Shown here: positions 34,975 to 48,236 of the stretch, piece after piece | Position numbering within the stretch: position 1 is the stretch's first letter | Layout: every line of letters begins with the position of its first letter | Source of the DNA: Selaginella moellendorffii | Taxonomy: Eukaryota; Plantae; Lycopodiophyta | NCBI RefSeq assembly: GCF_000143415.4 | Contig: NW_003314295.1 | Location: 1,470,558 to 1,534,557 of the forward strand | DNA: 64,000 bases | Direction of reading: 5' to 3' | Notes under the pieces: model-generated | Database searches by the model: none | Seen by the model: the letters and a program-made list of their open reading frames with translations, nothing else | What the model was told of the DNA's origin: nothing | Program-made: the position numbers and the translations under genes

Positions 34975-37900
34975 TTACGTGAAGATGGTGATCACGTCTC
35001 TCCTGTAGCCACGGACCATTAGCAGCCTGGGAATGCCATCGACGAGGAGGTCCATGTACTCCATGTAGCAATATGAGGGATGCTTGGGAGGTGGCGGCGG
35101 CAAGCTGACCAGCACCACGGCCGCCATTCTCGAGTATCTCATGATGATTGAGTTGAGCTTGAGGCTGGTGTAGAGGAACTTGTTAACTTGCTGCTCGTTG
35201 TAAGAGTGCTGGACCTCGTCCTCGATCGACGCAGCTTTCTTCTTGAGCTCGGCAGACCTGTGAGCAATCCTCTTCCTGGCCTTGGAGAAGGCCTCCATTG
35301 CGTCCTCCCGTCCAGTGTCCACGCCACGGTCCTCCTGGTGAGCCTCCCACGACTTCATCGTCACCACAATCACCTCGGCTTGCATGCGCAGGTCATACAA
35401 GAACTTCTTCACGTCGGCCTTGAGCTCCTCCGCCTCGGTGTCCTCCTCCGAGATGCAAAAGACTTGAATCTTACAGCTCTCGAAGCTGTCCTTTGCTCGG
35501 AGGAGCTGGGAGAGGAGCAGCATGAGGCCACCGTCGCGGACGATCCAGTAGAGGTCGATGGTTCCATACTGCTTCTGGTATTCGCCCGGCCACTCGTCCA
35601 GCCCCTTGACGATCACCACGGCCTTGTTTGCGATGGAGCAGTCGTTGATAATGCTTACGAAAACATCGGAGACGCGGCCATGCTGTTCGTCCCTCCAGAT
35701 CTCAGGATATCTCATGCAGACGATGTTTGGCTTGAGGTTGCCAAGTCCCATAGTCTGTACAATACCCCGGAACCCCTCGCAGACATCCTTCGCAATGATC
35801 ACCTCGGCCACCCCTTCGCAGTTCTTGTAGTCGATGTAAGTTCCAAGTAATCGACACGCCTGACGTGCCTCGTCTACCTTATCTATATACTCTCCCTCCG
35901 AAATGGAAACGAATATGGACATACCGCGGCCCTTCTTCTTCATGCAGTTGGCAAAGTCGGCGAGTTTGGGATGGCATGGAACGTCTTGTGGCAAAATCCC
36001 CCAAGGCTTGCAAAATATAAGTGGAATGGGATACCAGTTTTTCGGGTGGACGTTGTTTGCTGCAGAAGTAACAATATTTTAAAGAGTTTGAAGATAGAAA
36101 AAAGCTTACCTCCTAAGGAACGAAGACTTCTTAAAGCAAGCTGAAAGTAAGCACTTTTAAAACCATCACCCCAGTCTCCTGCTTTGCCTTTCAAGCTAAC
36201 GTAATAATATATGAGACTTGCCAACGCGAGTGATACAGTTGTGAAAATCCAGGATATTAAAAACATTATAACTGTAATCAAGATAAACACTGTTACAGGT
36301 AACTTCAGTAATTGGTAAAAGTATGTACCTATGCACAATAGAGCACCCAGGAGCGAAAAGCTCCAGTGATGAAATTTCCACCGAGGACGCCAGCTTGGAG
36401 CATCAAGTAAGTCGAGCAAAAGACAGGAAAGATTAACTCCCGCATAGCACAAGAGAAAGAACATGGTAATAACGGGAGAGATGAGGTCGAGATCACCAAT
36501 GATGACGCAGCTTGAACATATGAACATGGTGAAAAGCGTTGCCAAATGAGGCTCGACCCCGTCTGGTGCCTTGAAATATTTCAAAACTGGGAGTATGTCG
36601 TCATTTGCAATAGCAGCTAGCAGCCTTGGCGCACCGGTTAAACTTTGAAGAGCTGCGCCAAGTGTCGAAAGGATAATGCCAACTTGAACGACTGCGGGAA
36701 CAGGCCAAGCTAATGTCGCGGTCAGCAATCTAGATAACCAAAAAAAAAAAAAAAAGAATTTGTTGGCCATACAAACATACAAATAGAGTTTTCTCAATGC
36801 ATACCGATTTGTTAAGAGTTCTTCACGGTTTGCCACAGAGCCAAACATGATGGCTGAAATTAAATAAAGACATGTCGTGGAGGCAATGGCTAGCAAAGTT
36901 CCCACCGGTATAGAACGCTGTGTATCTCTCAGAGATGCAGAGCGATTGGAGCCAGCCATAATACCAGTAACTGCCGGGAAGAAAAGCCCCAGTAGGTCCC
37001 TGAAAAACAAAGAAGTCACGCAAAAGATAACGGCGTCCGACAAACAGAAACTAAAAGCATGCGATATAGAATTTGACGAAATAGAAAGAAAACGATTCAT
37101 GCATTCCCTAGCAAACCAGATGAAAAACGCGACGACACATACTCAAAATTCCAGTATATGATACCATCTGGCGCAGGAATTCCAGCTCTGTTGGTACGCT
37201 GGTACTCGGGACCCCAGTTAGCATGGAGTGTTCTCCATCTGAGGCCCGTCACTCCCGCTGGACATCACAGATATTAGAACGGCTCAATAAACATTTGATT
37301 GCTTACATGGATCACCACGTCGAGGAGCAGCAAAGATACCAATAAAGATGAGGAAAACGGATAATAAAACTGGAATAAGAAAAGCCGGGGCCACTCTGTT
37401 GATGATCTTCACACCTCCAAAGACGATAAGACATAAGATAATTGTCACAATTACTCCATACACTTGAAGGTCATGCAAACTGGGACTTTTTAATATCTCA
37501 GGACTCGAGCCTGCTGCAGCTGGTGCTAGTTGTGTCACGCTTTCTGCACATGAAAAAATCAAGCAAGTTAAAAACACGCAAAAGAATAGAAAGGGAATTC
37601 TTGAGATTTACTAGCCTTGAAATATGCCGGCCCCAGGAAGAGCATCCAGAAAAGTTTCTACTGCACCTAAAATATACCTAAGAAGTGTCCAGTTATGATC
37701 GAACAATCAAGGACAGGGGAACACTTACAGTGATCCAGCAACCGCATTTCCAAGGAAAAAGCAAAGCCCAATACTAATACCGACTTCCGGACCAAGAGCT
37801 CGACCAATCAGATAATACGGTCCGCCACCCTATAAAGCAGTGCTTAACCAAAAGAAAAACTGTCGCAACGCAAAATTTCGAACCTTCATCGCGCCATTGG

Positions 37901-38668
37901 TGGCTATGGCGCTCAGCGAGATCCCAGTCAAGAATGTGCATAAGCAGCACAAAGAGACGAGCACCAAACTCTGTCCAATTCCAGCAAGGCCTACAATCCT
38001 GGATATCGTCACTGAATAGCATCACCAAATCTTAATACAACTCGGAGAAAACTTACCACGAAAAACGGATGTAGAAAATAATTCCTAGAATGTTTTGAAG
38101 ACAAGGTACAAAGACTCCCATGAGTGTTCCAAGCTTTGCACCGCGAGGCTGAAAATTAATTTTTTTCAAGACAAGAACATGAGCGAACAGTGGATTTCGA
38201 CGTACCCGAGGACGGCCAAGCGTGATAGCAATCTCTTCTCCAGCCCTGGGACTAAAAGCTTGTGGTGGCTGCTGGCCTCCCATACTGAGGTAAGACACTT
38301 GAGTTCTATAGGACATAGAAAAATTAGACGCCTTGCACATACCTTTTGAGCCCGACCACATCGACGAGCGAATCAATCTCGAAAAGCTCCAGCTTTGTTT
38401 CTCTCTCGGTTTGATCAAAAATCTCGTCAGTCGGAGACACCGGCCCATCATCTTGATCAAAGCGAGCATTTTGACTGGATCTGCCAGTATTGACCGGCCT
38501 GGTGGATGCGGATTGCGTGAATTCCAGAAAGTTTTCGCACAAGACTTACTTAATCCCCGCTGGTACTTCCAGATCCACGACATCGAGCTCGCCATTCGCT
38601 CGTGGCGATTCCCGCCGCCCGGTCGCATTGGCGTCGTCGGCGTCGCCGCCGCCCTTCTCCACTCCCAT
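34975..38668 (-). CDS. CCC1: Cation-chloride cotransporter (SLC12 family), multi-exon
   Basis: [91 protein letters not shown]; short GT-AG introns; ATG at 38668. Confidence 0.95.
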
Positions 38669-39204
38669 CGCCCCTGATCTAAACCCTCATTCGATCCCGG
38701 CCTGGAATGCGCCAATTTGGATCGAGATTACGCGTGAGCAGCTACCTGGATCGCCAGGGGCAGCAGCTGCGCCGCAAGATCCGACCGCGACAGCGACGCG
38801 ACCGCGACACGGCGAGGTGCTCGTTCCTAGGGTTTAACAAACATCCCAGAGAAACATCCTAGGGCACGAACGGCACTGTACGGCCGGGTTGAATTTCAAA
38901 ACCCGCGCGCCTAAAATGTTCTAAGGGCAGAGATCGCAAATGATTCTATTGCGAGATAGCGCATTGCCGAATTGGAGGCGTTAATCGCGTCATTCAAGCA
39001 CGGCCTCTTGATCGTCGGAGATGAAGAAGTATAGCTTTTGGACACAATCGGGAAGAAAACGCGCTAGGGCAAGAGTCGAGGAGCGATCATCCAGATGATC
39101 ACAAGCACCAACGGCGCTGTACGGCGTGACCCTTTCTCTTTGCAGAAACGCGCGCGCCTTTAAAACCATAAACGTGTGGGCATTGCTCTTCGCTAGGCTA
39201 AGAT

Positions 39205-40542
39205 ATGCGGTCTTCGCAGGGTAAAAGAGTGGCTCCTTTCATCTTGCTCGCCGCGATTTGCCTGGTTTTCCATGGAGTGGATCGCCTGTCGTCCCGGTTG
39301 CGATCAACGAGACTGGCCTTCTTCGTCCACAATCAGCAAGGGAATCCTCGCGCACACAAGCTTGCGGTATGCGCCGTTTCAGAAAAAAAAACATGATGGA
39401 ATTCTCGTGTTCTTTCAGGATCCCCGGGTCGCAATTTGTCTTGTAGGTGGAGCCAGAGCCTTCGAGATCACTGGACCAAGCATAGTGGACCAAATCCTCC
39501 ACGTCTACGGCAACAATTCGGATGTGTTCCTCCACGCGCCGCTGGACGAGAACACTTACAAGCTCTTCCTGCTGGGCAGGGGCGCTAGATCGAACAGAAA
39601 TTCTTCGTCCTCGCGGTTGGCAGCAGCGCGGATCTTCGATCAAACACCCATGCCCGAGCTTGACTTTCGCAAGCAAGTCCTCACATCCGATGGGATTCAA
39701 GTAAGCTCTCGGTACTTTGTTTTTAGCTTTGGCCACCTTCTTTCCAAACTTTTCGTGACATCTCGCAGGGATTACTGCAATATTTCAATCTCGTCGAGGG
39801 CTGCTGGGATCTCATCACGAAACACGAACGTCGTCATGGTTTCCAGTACGATTGGATCATAAGAACAAGGCTGGATGGCTACTGGAGTGCCCCTATGCCG
39901 CCCATCTCCACCTTCGATGGCGCCCACTACACTATCCCATACGGCTCCCAATTCGGCGGCCTCAACGACAGGTTAGGCATCGGCACTCGCAACTCCAGCC
40001 GCATCGCTCTCCACCGCCTCCAATGCCTCGATCGCCTCCACGCAAACGGATTCCAGCGCCTAAATTCCGAGAGAGCATTCAAGGCGCAGCTCCAAATCAC
40101 GCACACCAGCGTCCAGCTCAAGAAATTCCCCTTTTGCGTGGTGAGCGCGAAGAAGTACGATTGGCCACCCAGGGAATGGGGCGTGCCTGTGATGACCATG
40201 GCGAGCAAAGGACCTCTAAATGGAGCGAAGTGTCGTCCATGCCGGGCGAAGATCAGAGGAGAGGAAGCTCGTGCCATCACCGAGGCACTAAACAGGGGGT
40301 GGAGCTGGAGTGGACCTAACGAAGGGGTGGAGCTTTGCGATGCCACGGGGGACTGGGATGCTGACTGGGAGGCTGTCTATGACAACGTGGTTGGTCAGTG
40401 CAGTCAATTGGAGAGGTTGCGGGTGTCTCGCCTGGGGACGCTAGATGAGTGTGTGGAGAGATTGACCGAGTTTGAGAGAATGTGGGGTGAATGGGATGCT
40501 CCTTCTCCTGCTAGTATTTGTGAAAGGAAGTTTATGATTTGA
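39205..40542 (+). CDS. Uncharacterised plant type-II membrane protein (DUF7796-like, possibly glycosyltransferase-like), 3 exons
   Basis: N-terminal signal anchor; conserved-looking blocks RVAICLVGGAR.FE.TGPSI, LLQYFNLVEGC, YDWIIRTRLDGYW, FGGLNDRLGIG, SKGPLNGAKCRPC. Confidence 0.8.
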
Positions 40543-40614
40543 TCAAGCTTCTTTTTCTGGTGGAAGTGACTAAGATACGGAAAAATAGTATGATTAATGC
40601 TTTATTTCATAACC

Positions 40615-40860
40615 TTAGGATTTCATTACAAGTAACAAAAACAAGCAAATTGCATCATCACAATTGCATATAAGACATGGAACAAGACAATAATATGGAG
40701 GGCATATATCCACTGTTATTAAAGGATGTAAAACTCCATTTTTACAGAGCTTGCTTGCTAGCAAAATACTCAAGTTTCCATCTCTAGAACTTGTAACAAG
40801 AGTAAAAGTCATCAGAAAAAAACATTAAAATATATAGTGTTTAAATGGCAGTGCATAGAA
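40615..40860 (-). pseudogene. Inverted, diverged paralog of the Cys-rich peptide
   Basis: LMTFTLVTSSRDGNLSILLASKL..NGVLHPLITV..CPPYYC..P...CNCD aligns with the peptide; the C-terminal Cys pattern is lost. Confidence 0.65.
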
Positions 40861-41483
40861 TATGGAAAAAGAATATAGAATCTCACTATCCTAATATTAG
40901 TATATGGCATCTTAGGTGTATACTTAATTATTTTGTAAAGGTTTATTCAATAGTAAATTAAACTTATAATTTATTTTCATATGTCATATGTAAAGTTTTA
41001 TTTTTTGCTTTCAAAGTAACAAACAATACTGCTGATAATTTAGGAAAAAGGCCCCTTCCAACAACACAAATATAGAACAAAATATTTAGAGGATTTTGAA
41101 AAAAATGTTATTATTCCATCAACTTATTAGTTCTACCTTAAATTTTGACTAAATATGCAAGAGATTTATTGTACAAGGGTGTTCTCTTACACTCATATTA
41201 CCATGTACTAAGTATGGAAAACAAAGCATTTATTTATTTGATATAAAATGAATTATGATTTATCTTTATTTGCTCGTAAAGGAAAAAAAATTAACATTGC
41301 TAAATACAAAAACTTATGATGTTTTTAAAGAAATAGCTATTTTATATTAGAAAAGGACATAAAAAAGATCAAGATAAAGTCTATAGCCAACTGTATTTAC
41401 CAATGCTAGCCTTTTGTTTCTTTCCACTATATTACTATATAAGAGCTTGTCTGCTTGAAATTAATTCATTCAAGTCTTAAGAA

Positions 41484-41708
41484 ATGGTGTTTTCTACTCA
41501 TATTATCTGTGTTTTCTTGATGATTTTTACTGTTGTTGCAAGTTCTAGAGATGCAACCCCAAGTATTATTCCAGCAAACAAGCTCCCTGAGGGTGGTGGA
41601 GTTTTACATCCTTTAACAGTGGGTTGCCAATGCTCTCCATATTATTGTCCTGATCCATATGGTGTTTGCAATTGTGACGGGAATTGTGCTTGCTTTTGTT
41701 ACTTTTAA
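41484..41708 (+). CDS. Small secreted cysteine-rich peptide precursor (74 aa, 8 Cys), copy 1
   Basis: Hydrophobic signal peptide, linker, then CQCSPYYCPDPYGVCNCDGNCACFC; TATATAA about 45 bp upstream. Confidence 0.8.
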   Translation: MVFSTHIICVFLMIFTVVASSRDATPSIIPANKLPEGGGVLHPLTVGCQCSPYYCPDPYGVCNCDGNCACFCYF

Positions 41709-43264
41709 CAAATATTCAAAGAACTAAAGGATTAATCACAAAATAATACTAATTTTTCATTTACAAAAGCTGTATCAATATTTCTGCATTATTTGTCAAT
41801 TTGTATTAGAGCATCCCATTCACCCTACATTCTCTCAAACTCAATCAATCCAAACACTCACAACCTTTCTAGTTGACTAGCCATGTCCCATGTTGACTGC
41901 CTCTTAGTCCCCATCTCCAGCCCAGAGCTTGTATCCTCTAATTTTCGCTGGGCATGGATTCTCTGCTCAAGTTGAAGATAAACTCTTCTGAATGCAACAT
42001 GTGTCCACAACCAAGAGGGAATGGTGCATTAAATGTTGGATCCTAGCGGTTTCAAGACTAGTAGAAGTCATGCAGAAAGGTGCTCAATTAGGCAAAGGCT
42101 TGATGCTGTTGGAGCCAATAATTTGGTAGGCCTTGAGTTTGGGGCTAAGGGCTATAGCATATGAGACATAACATTCTTTTTCTTTTTCATAGTTTCCAGG
42201 ATAAATTAAACTGCCTTCAGCTTCACTAGGCTACTATGTATCCAATGCCACAATCGAAACACTTCCCCAATTTAAGGTCCTCTATTCGTTTTGCCTTCTC
42301 CTGGGGTGTCATCTCTTTCCACATTGATTGTACAGCAGTGAAATAGTGTCTCTCATGTTAAAGTATAAGTAACAGACATAAACGCTATTGCAAAACTGGT
42401 ATAATAATGGGGCCTTTCAGCATCTTTTTGGCACCCAATTGGAGATATATAAGTAATGGTAATTATAATAGTAATTTTCCATTATTGCAGTTGTTTCCCC
42501 TTTCTTGCTAAAATCATCTATTTCTTCCAATGTGTATATAGTGGTAAGTTTGTTGTAAAAAAGCAACTTTGATTATTTTACAGTAAATAACTTTATGAAA
42601 TGGACTTATGAAGTTGTTGTTCTCTTCATATAATCAACTTCAAATTCTCCTAGAAAATGTATGTATCAAGCTTTTGCAATGGCATATTTGATCTTCATTG
42701 CACTCAGAGCATGTTCCCCACCAAAGGATTTGGAGAGCTACTAGAAGATCCACAGTGATGTTGAAGCTCTTTGTCACTAGTGAATGCCTTTGCAAAATGC
42801 CAGGGAATGGGGCGTGCCTGTGATGACCATGGTGAGCAAAGGACCTCTAAATGGAGCGAAGTGTCGTCCATGCCGGGCGAAGATCAGAGGAGAGGAAGGT
42901 CGCACCATCGCCGAGACGCTAAACAGGGGGTGGAGCTGGAGTGGACCCAACGAAGGGGTGGAGCTTTGTGATGCCACGGGGGACTGGGATGCTGACTGGG
43001 AGGCTGTCTATGACAACGTGGTTGGTCAGCGCGGTCAATTGGAGAGGTTGCGGGTGTGTCACCTGGGAACTCTAGACGAGTGTGTGGAGAGATTGACCGA
43101 GTTTGAGAGAATGTGGGGTGAATGGGATGCTCCTTCTCTTGCTAGTATTTGTGAAAGGAAGTTTATGATTTGATTAGAATGATATCTTATTTACAAGCTT
43201 CTTTTTCTGGTGGAAGTGACTAAGATACGGAAAAATAGTATGATTAATGCTTTATTTCATAACC

Positions 43265-43510
43265 TTAGGATTTCGTTACAAGTAACAAAAACAAGCAAAT
43301 TGCATCATCACAATTGCATATAAGACATGGAACAAGACAATAATATGGAGGGCATATAGCCACTGTTATTAAAGGATGTAAAACTCCATTTTTACAGAGC
43401 TTGCTTGCTAGCAAAATGCTCAAGTTTCCATCTCTAGAACTTGTAGCAAGAGTAAAAATCATCAGAAAAAAACATTAAAATATATAGTGTTTAAATGGCT
43501 CTATGAGTGC
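43265..43510 (-). pseudogene. Inverted, diverged paralog of the Cys-rich peptide (second duplicate unit)
   Basis: Duplicate of 40615-40860. Confidence 0.65.
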
Positions 43511-44146
43511 ATAGAATATGCAAAGAGAATATATAATTTCATTATGCTAATATTAGTATATGGCATCTTAGGTGTATACTTGGACCTCACAGCTTTAATT
43601 ATTTTGTAAAAGGTTTATTTAATAGTAAATTAAGCTTATAATTTATTTTCATATGTCATATGTAAAGTTTTATTTTTTGCTTTCAAAGTAACAAATAATA
43701 CTGCTGATAATTTGGGAAAAAGGCCGCTTCCAACAACACAAATATAGAACAAAATATTTAGAGGATTTTAAAAAAAAAATTATTATTCCATCAACTTATT
43801 AGTTCTACCTTAAATTTTTTGACTAAATGTGCAAGAGATTTATTGTACAAGGGTGTTCTCTTACACTCATATTACCATGTACTAAGTATGGAAAACAAAG
43901 CATTTATTTTATTTGATATAAAATGAATTATGATTTGTGGTAAAGGAAAAAAATTAACATTGGTAAATACAAAGGCTTTTGATGTTTTTAAAGAAATAGC
44001 TATTTTATATTTAAAAAGGACATAAAAAATATCAAGATAAAGTTTATAGCCAACTGTATTTACCAATGCTAGCCTTTTGTTTCTTTCCACTATATTACTA
44101 TATAAAAGCTTGTTTGCTTGAAATTAATTCATTCAAGTCTTAAGAG

Positions 44147-44371
44147 ATGGTGTTTTCTACTCATATTATCTGTGTTTTCTTGATGATTTTTACTGTTGTT
44201 GCAAGTTCTAGAGATGCAACCCCAAGTATTATTCCAGCAAACAAGCTCCCTGAGGGTGGTGGAGTTTTACATCCTTTAACAGTGAGTTGCCAATGCTCTT
44301 CATATTACTGCCCTGATCCATATGGTGTTTGCAATTGTGACGGGAATTGTGCTTGCTTTTGTTACTTTTAA
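44147..44371 (+). CDS. Small secreted cysteine-rich peptide precursor (74 aa, 8 Cys), copy 2
   Basis: Identical to copy 1 except G->S and P->S at the start of and within the Cys domain. Confidence 0.8.
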   Translation: MVFSTHIICVFLMIFTVVASSRDATPSIIPANKLPEGGGVLHPLTVSCQCSSYYCPDPYGVCNCDGNCACFCYF

Positions 44372-45289
44372 CAAATATTTAAAGAAATAAAGGATTAATC
44401 ACAAAATAATACTAATTTTTCATTTACAAAAGCTGTATCAATATTTCTGCATGATTTGTCAATTTGTATTAGAGCATCCCATTCACCCTACATTCTCTCA
44501 AACTCAATCAATCCAAACACTCACAACCTTTCTAGTTGACTAGCCATGTCCCATGTTGACTGCCTCCTAGTCCCCATCTCCAGCCCAAAGCTTGTATCCT
44601 CTAATCTTCGCTGGGCATGGATTCTCTGCTCAAGTTGAAGATAAACTCTTCTGAATGCAACCTGTGTCCTCAACCAAGAGGGAGTGGTGCATTAAATGTT
44701 GGATCCTAGCAGTTTTGAGAGTAGTAAAAGTCATGCAGAAAGGTGCTCAATTAGGCAAAAGCTTGATGCTGTTGGAGCCAAAAATTTGGTAGGCCTTGAG
44801 TTTGGGGCTAAGGGCTATAGCATATGAGACATAACATTCTTTTTTTTCACAGTTTCCAGGATAAATTAAACTGCCTTCAGCTTCACTAGGCTACTTGCAC
44901 CATTCGCACCTGCTCTTTATTCTTGAAATGTATTAAATTTAAGTGAAAAATACATCTGCACTATATTTTAAAATAAAATAAATTACTTTACATTAAAATT
45001 TAGGATATTTTTTTAAAACATTTTCATTCGCACATAGTGCTAACTTTAACACAATGTTTTCACTTTCAGACAAAAAAAAAACAATTTTAAAAGAGGGGGG
45101 GGGGGGGGGGGCGGTTTCTTTTAAACTGAAAATATTTTTTAAAGAAATCTCCAAGATTCCCCAAAGATTCTAGTGCCCTGATTAGGGCATTTCAATTTTT
45201 TGCCGCGAGCTGTGTGAGCTCAAGCATTGATGGCAGGGGAGCCGATAGCAGTTATCACCCTAGAGTTAGATCATGTTGGGGATTTGGTG

Positions 45290-46643
45290 GAGGAAGGAGG
45301 AGTAGCCAATTTTGGGGAAGGAGGAGCTGTAAGGTTTGATGGTGTGGGTTCAGGGCAGTCGCATTCAGCAAGGAGGTGCTGCTCGTGAAGTGAGGAGCAA
45401 CCACAGTGGAGCATTTGGGGCTGGAGGATAAGCACCAGGCCTAGTTGTCGCTCGAGGAAGTAGGCTGCCTCGGGGCCGAGGCCGTGGAGATGCTAATCTC
45501 TCGGATCTTGGCCTCAATCAAGGAGGACTCAGAGCTGGAGCATGGGGAGGAGTTGGAGCACGGGGAGCTATAGCACGGGGAGCTGGAGCCTCTCCCCCCA
45601 TGGCTTCTAGAACTTGATTGTTTTCTGAATTCTCTTCTACGACAACTAATGAGGTAAGCTTCAAACCGAGTTAAGCTCAGATTCTAGGAGAGTGGTTTCG
45701 AGTTTAGGGTGGCAAAGTAGGTGACCTGGAGTAGGAGCAATCACCAAGACAACAGTACATGCAGCTCTGGTTTCATAACTTGGAGGAGTAGGACAATGTT
45801 GCCGTTGAACAAGAGGTGGAAGAAGATGATGGGGATGATGAAGAGGAGGGCGATGATGATAAGGAAGGGGAGCAAAGTGTTCATGTCGCGAAGAAAGCAA
45901 GGAAGAAATGTGGGAAAAACTCGGGGGGTGATGAGACAACTTCCCTTATTGACTTCAAATGGGAAGATCACCTTGGAAAGATCGGGGTAGTATGGGGCAG
46001 CGAGGAGACAACGTTGACAACAACCAATCGCTAAAAGAAGATTGTGAAGAAGATGCAGGCTGTTGGCATGCAGTGGGACTAGAAGGCTTGCCAGACTCGC
46101 TGGAACAACCTTTGCAATGACTACAAGTGTGTTTGCGATTTCCAAAGGAAAACTAGGAACCCTGACTACTTTAGCTTGAGCCACAAGGATGCAAAGCGGC
46201 TTATGCTAGTGAAGCTAAACTTGAAGGTGTTCCTAGTCGAGTACTTCAATATCATGGATGAGTTCCTAACGAAGCAAGCATCAACATCTCCAACGTTTCT
46301 TGCTGATTCAGATGCTCCGGAAGAGGAAGCTCACGAGGAGGATCCTATGGATGGTGTTGATCCTCTTGGAAATGCTACACAGGTGCCAGGGAGTTCAGGG
46401 AAGCAAAAGAACCCGAAGAAGGCCGAGAAAATCATAAACACTTTGTTTAGTGAGAGGAATGCTCTCGCTGCTGCTCGAAATTAGCAGAATCTAGCATGGC
46501 AAAAGGAGAGCATTGCTTGCATGAAGGAGAATAGCCTGGCTGAGAAGAAGAAGGCTGTAGCTACAATAGTTTTAGCTGGAGCCATCTCCAACCTTGCAAG
46601 CTCCATCTCCAACTTCTTGAACAGAGCTACATCCAGGAGTTAG
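45290..46643 (+). pseudogene. Harbinger Myb/SANT (trihelix-like) DNA-binding protein
   Basis: KIVKKMQAVGMQWD*KACQTRWNNLCNDYKCVCDFQRK..NPDYFSL; several premature stops. Confidence 0.75.
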
Positions 46644-46899
46644 CCGTCTTGTTTTCGGGATTTTAGGGGGATGTTAATTATTAATATTAAACTAAACTAT
46701 GTTTAGGCTATGATATTCTAGATTTTTTCTAACCATTTTTTTTTTCAAGATCTTGCAATAGTTCAACCCGAGGAAACAAAAGATGTTTCCAGGGAAAACC
46801 AAAAAGATCGAGAGGAACGTGGTTCTTTCAACAATCAGGTAGTAGATATCAATACTTTATTGAGGAATAAGGTAATCTTGCTTATTTTGCAAGTTTTGT

Positions 46900-48236
46900 T
46901 TGAGGCTTTTTGATCCATTATCAATGACAAGACCCTAGTGGCACAAATTCTTCCGAACGAGGAGGAGGACGAAGACAAGCTTTTGTGGAGCAATCTTGTC
47001 CAAGCGACTTGACAGCGGTCTCTGGTGGGTGAAGCCGTAGTGTATAACAACATAGAGCAAGTTCTTCATGGAGTTGTATGACCCTGGTCGATAGAAGCGG
47101 AAGCTGAGGATGGAGAAGACGACATTCTTCAGGCTTTGTGGCATTCTGGAGGCTAAAATCTACAAGCAGGAATGAAGTTTAGGAGAGCGGTGCTAGTGGA
47201 TGTTCGTTTGGGGGTCACCTTGTACAAGTTGTTCAAGAACACCAACTACTCCGACCTGTCTGACAAGTTTGGGATTGGGGAAACCACTGCACATGACATT
47301 GTGGTGCAAACAACTGCTGCAATCATCAAGTGCCTCAGGTACAAGATTCGATTCCTGGAGACAGCAGCGGAGGTTAGAGCTATGGTGGCAGATTTTCAAC
47401 AAATCACCAAGACCCGTCTCCCTAATGTGGCTGGGGCAATTGACTGTACACATTTCGAGATTATCCGACCAGTTGGCCCGGATGGTGAGGGCTACTTTGA
47501 TCGAAAGCAGCGATACTCGGTGATCTTGCAGGGGGTTTGCGACGTTCAGAAAAAGTTCTTGAGTATCTATGCAGGCTAGCCAGGTAATTACTTTTAATTT
47601 TTTTCTTCTATCATCTAATTGGTTTTTCTTTTTCCCAGGGAGTGTTCATGACATGAGGGTTTTTCAGAACTCTAGGCTATGCCGCAAGATCTAAACAAGG
47701 GAATTACTCACAGTTCCTCGAGAGTTTGCTTTTGACGAGTGGATTGAGCCATACCTGGTGGGAGACAAGGGCTACTAGCTGTAGCAGCACTTGATGATCT
47801 CTCACTTAGGTAAACTGATTGTTTTTTTTTTTCAATTATTCATTTGAAACAGGTTCCCGGTTGATGATGACTGAGGCGGAGTACAACCAGCAACACCATC
47901 TGGCCCAGATTGTTATTAAACAAGCATTTGGACTCTTGAAAATGAAATTCAAATGCTTGGATCAAAAACAAAGGATCAAGCTAAAGTACTTGCTGAACAT
48001 CATCAAAAGTTGTTGCATCTTGCACAACTTCTTGATTGATGTTGGTGAGACAAACATCAATGTCGAGATCAAAGCATGGGAGAAACACATTCAAGCCTTG
48101 AAGGAACCAAAGATTTTTGAAGATTACAAGGATCCTGTTGTGGTTGAGGGAGAACCATAGGAAGACTTGCACGGGCTAGAGGATGCATAGGAGGTCCGAG
48201 AGAACCTAACCAACTTCCTATGTTTACGGCATCGTA
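46900..48236 (+). pseudogene. Harbinger/HARBI1-type DDE transposase
   Basis: GAIDCTH, YFDRKQRYSVILQGVCD, AG*PGSVHD.RVF, YLVGDKGY, YN..H...IKQAFGLLK.KF, CCILHNF; in-frame stops. Confidence 0.9.

Noticed and set aside
42784-43173. Independent 129-aa gene
   Set aside because: It is the 3' fragment of the DUF7796-like gene created by the duplication junction; its ATG comes from unrelated upstream sequence.
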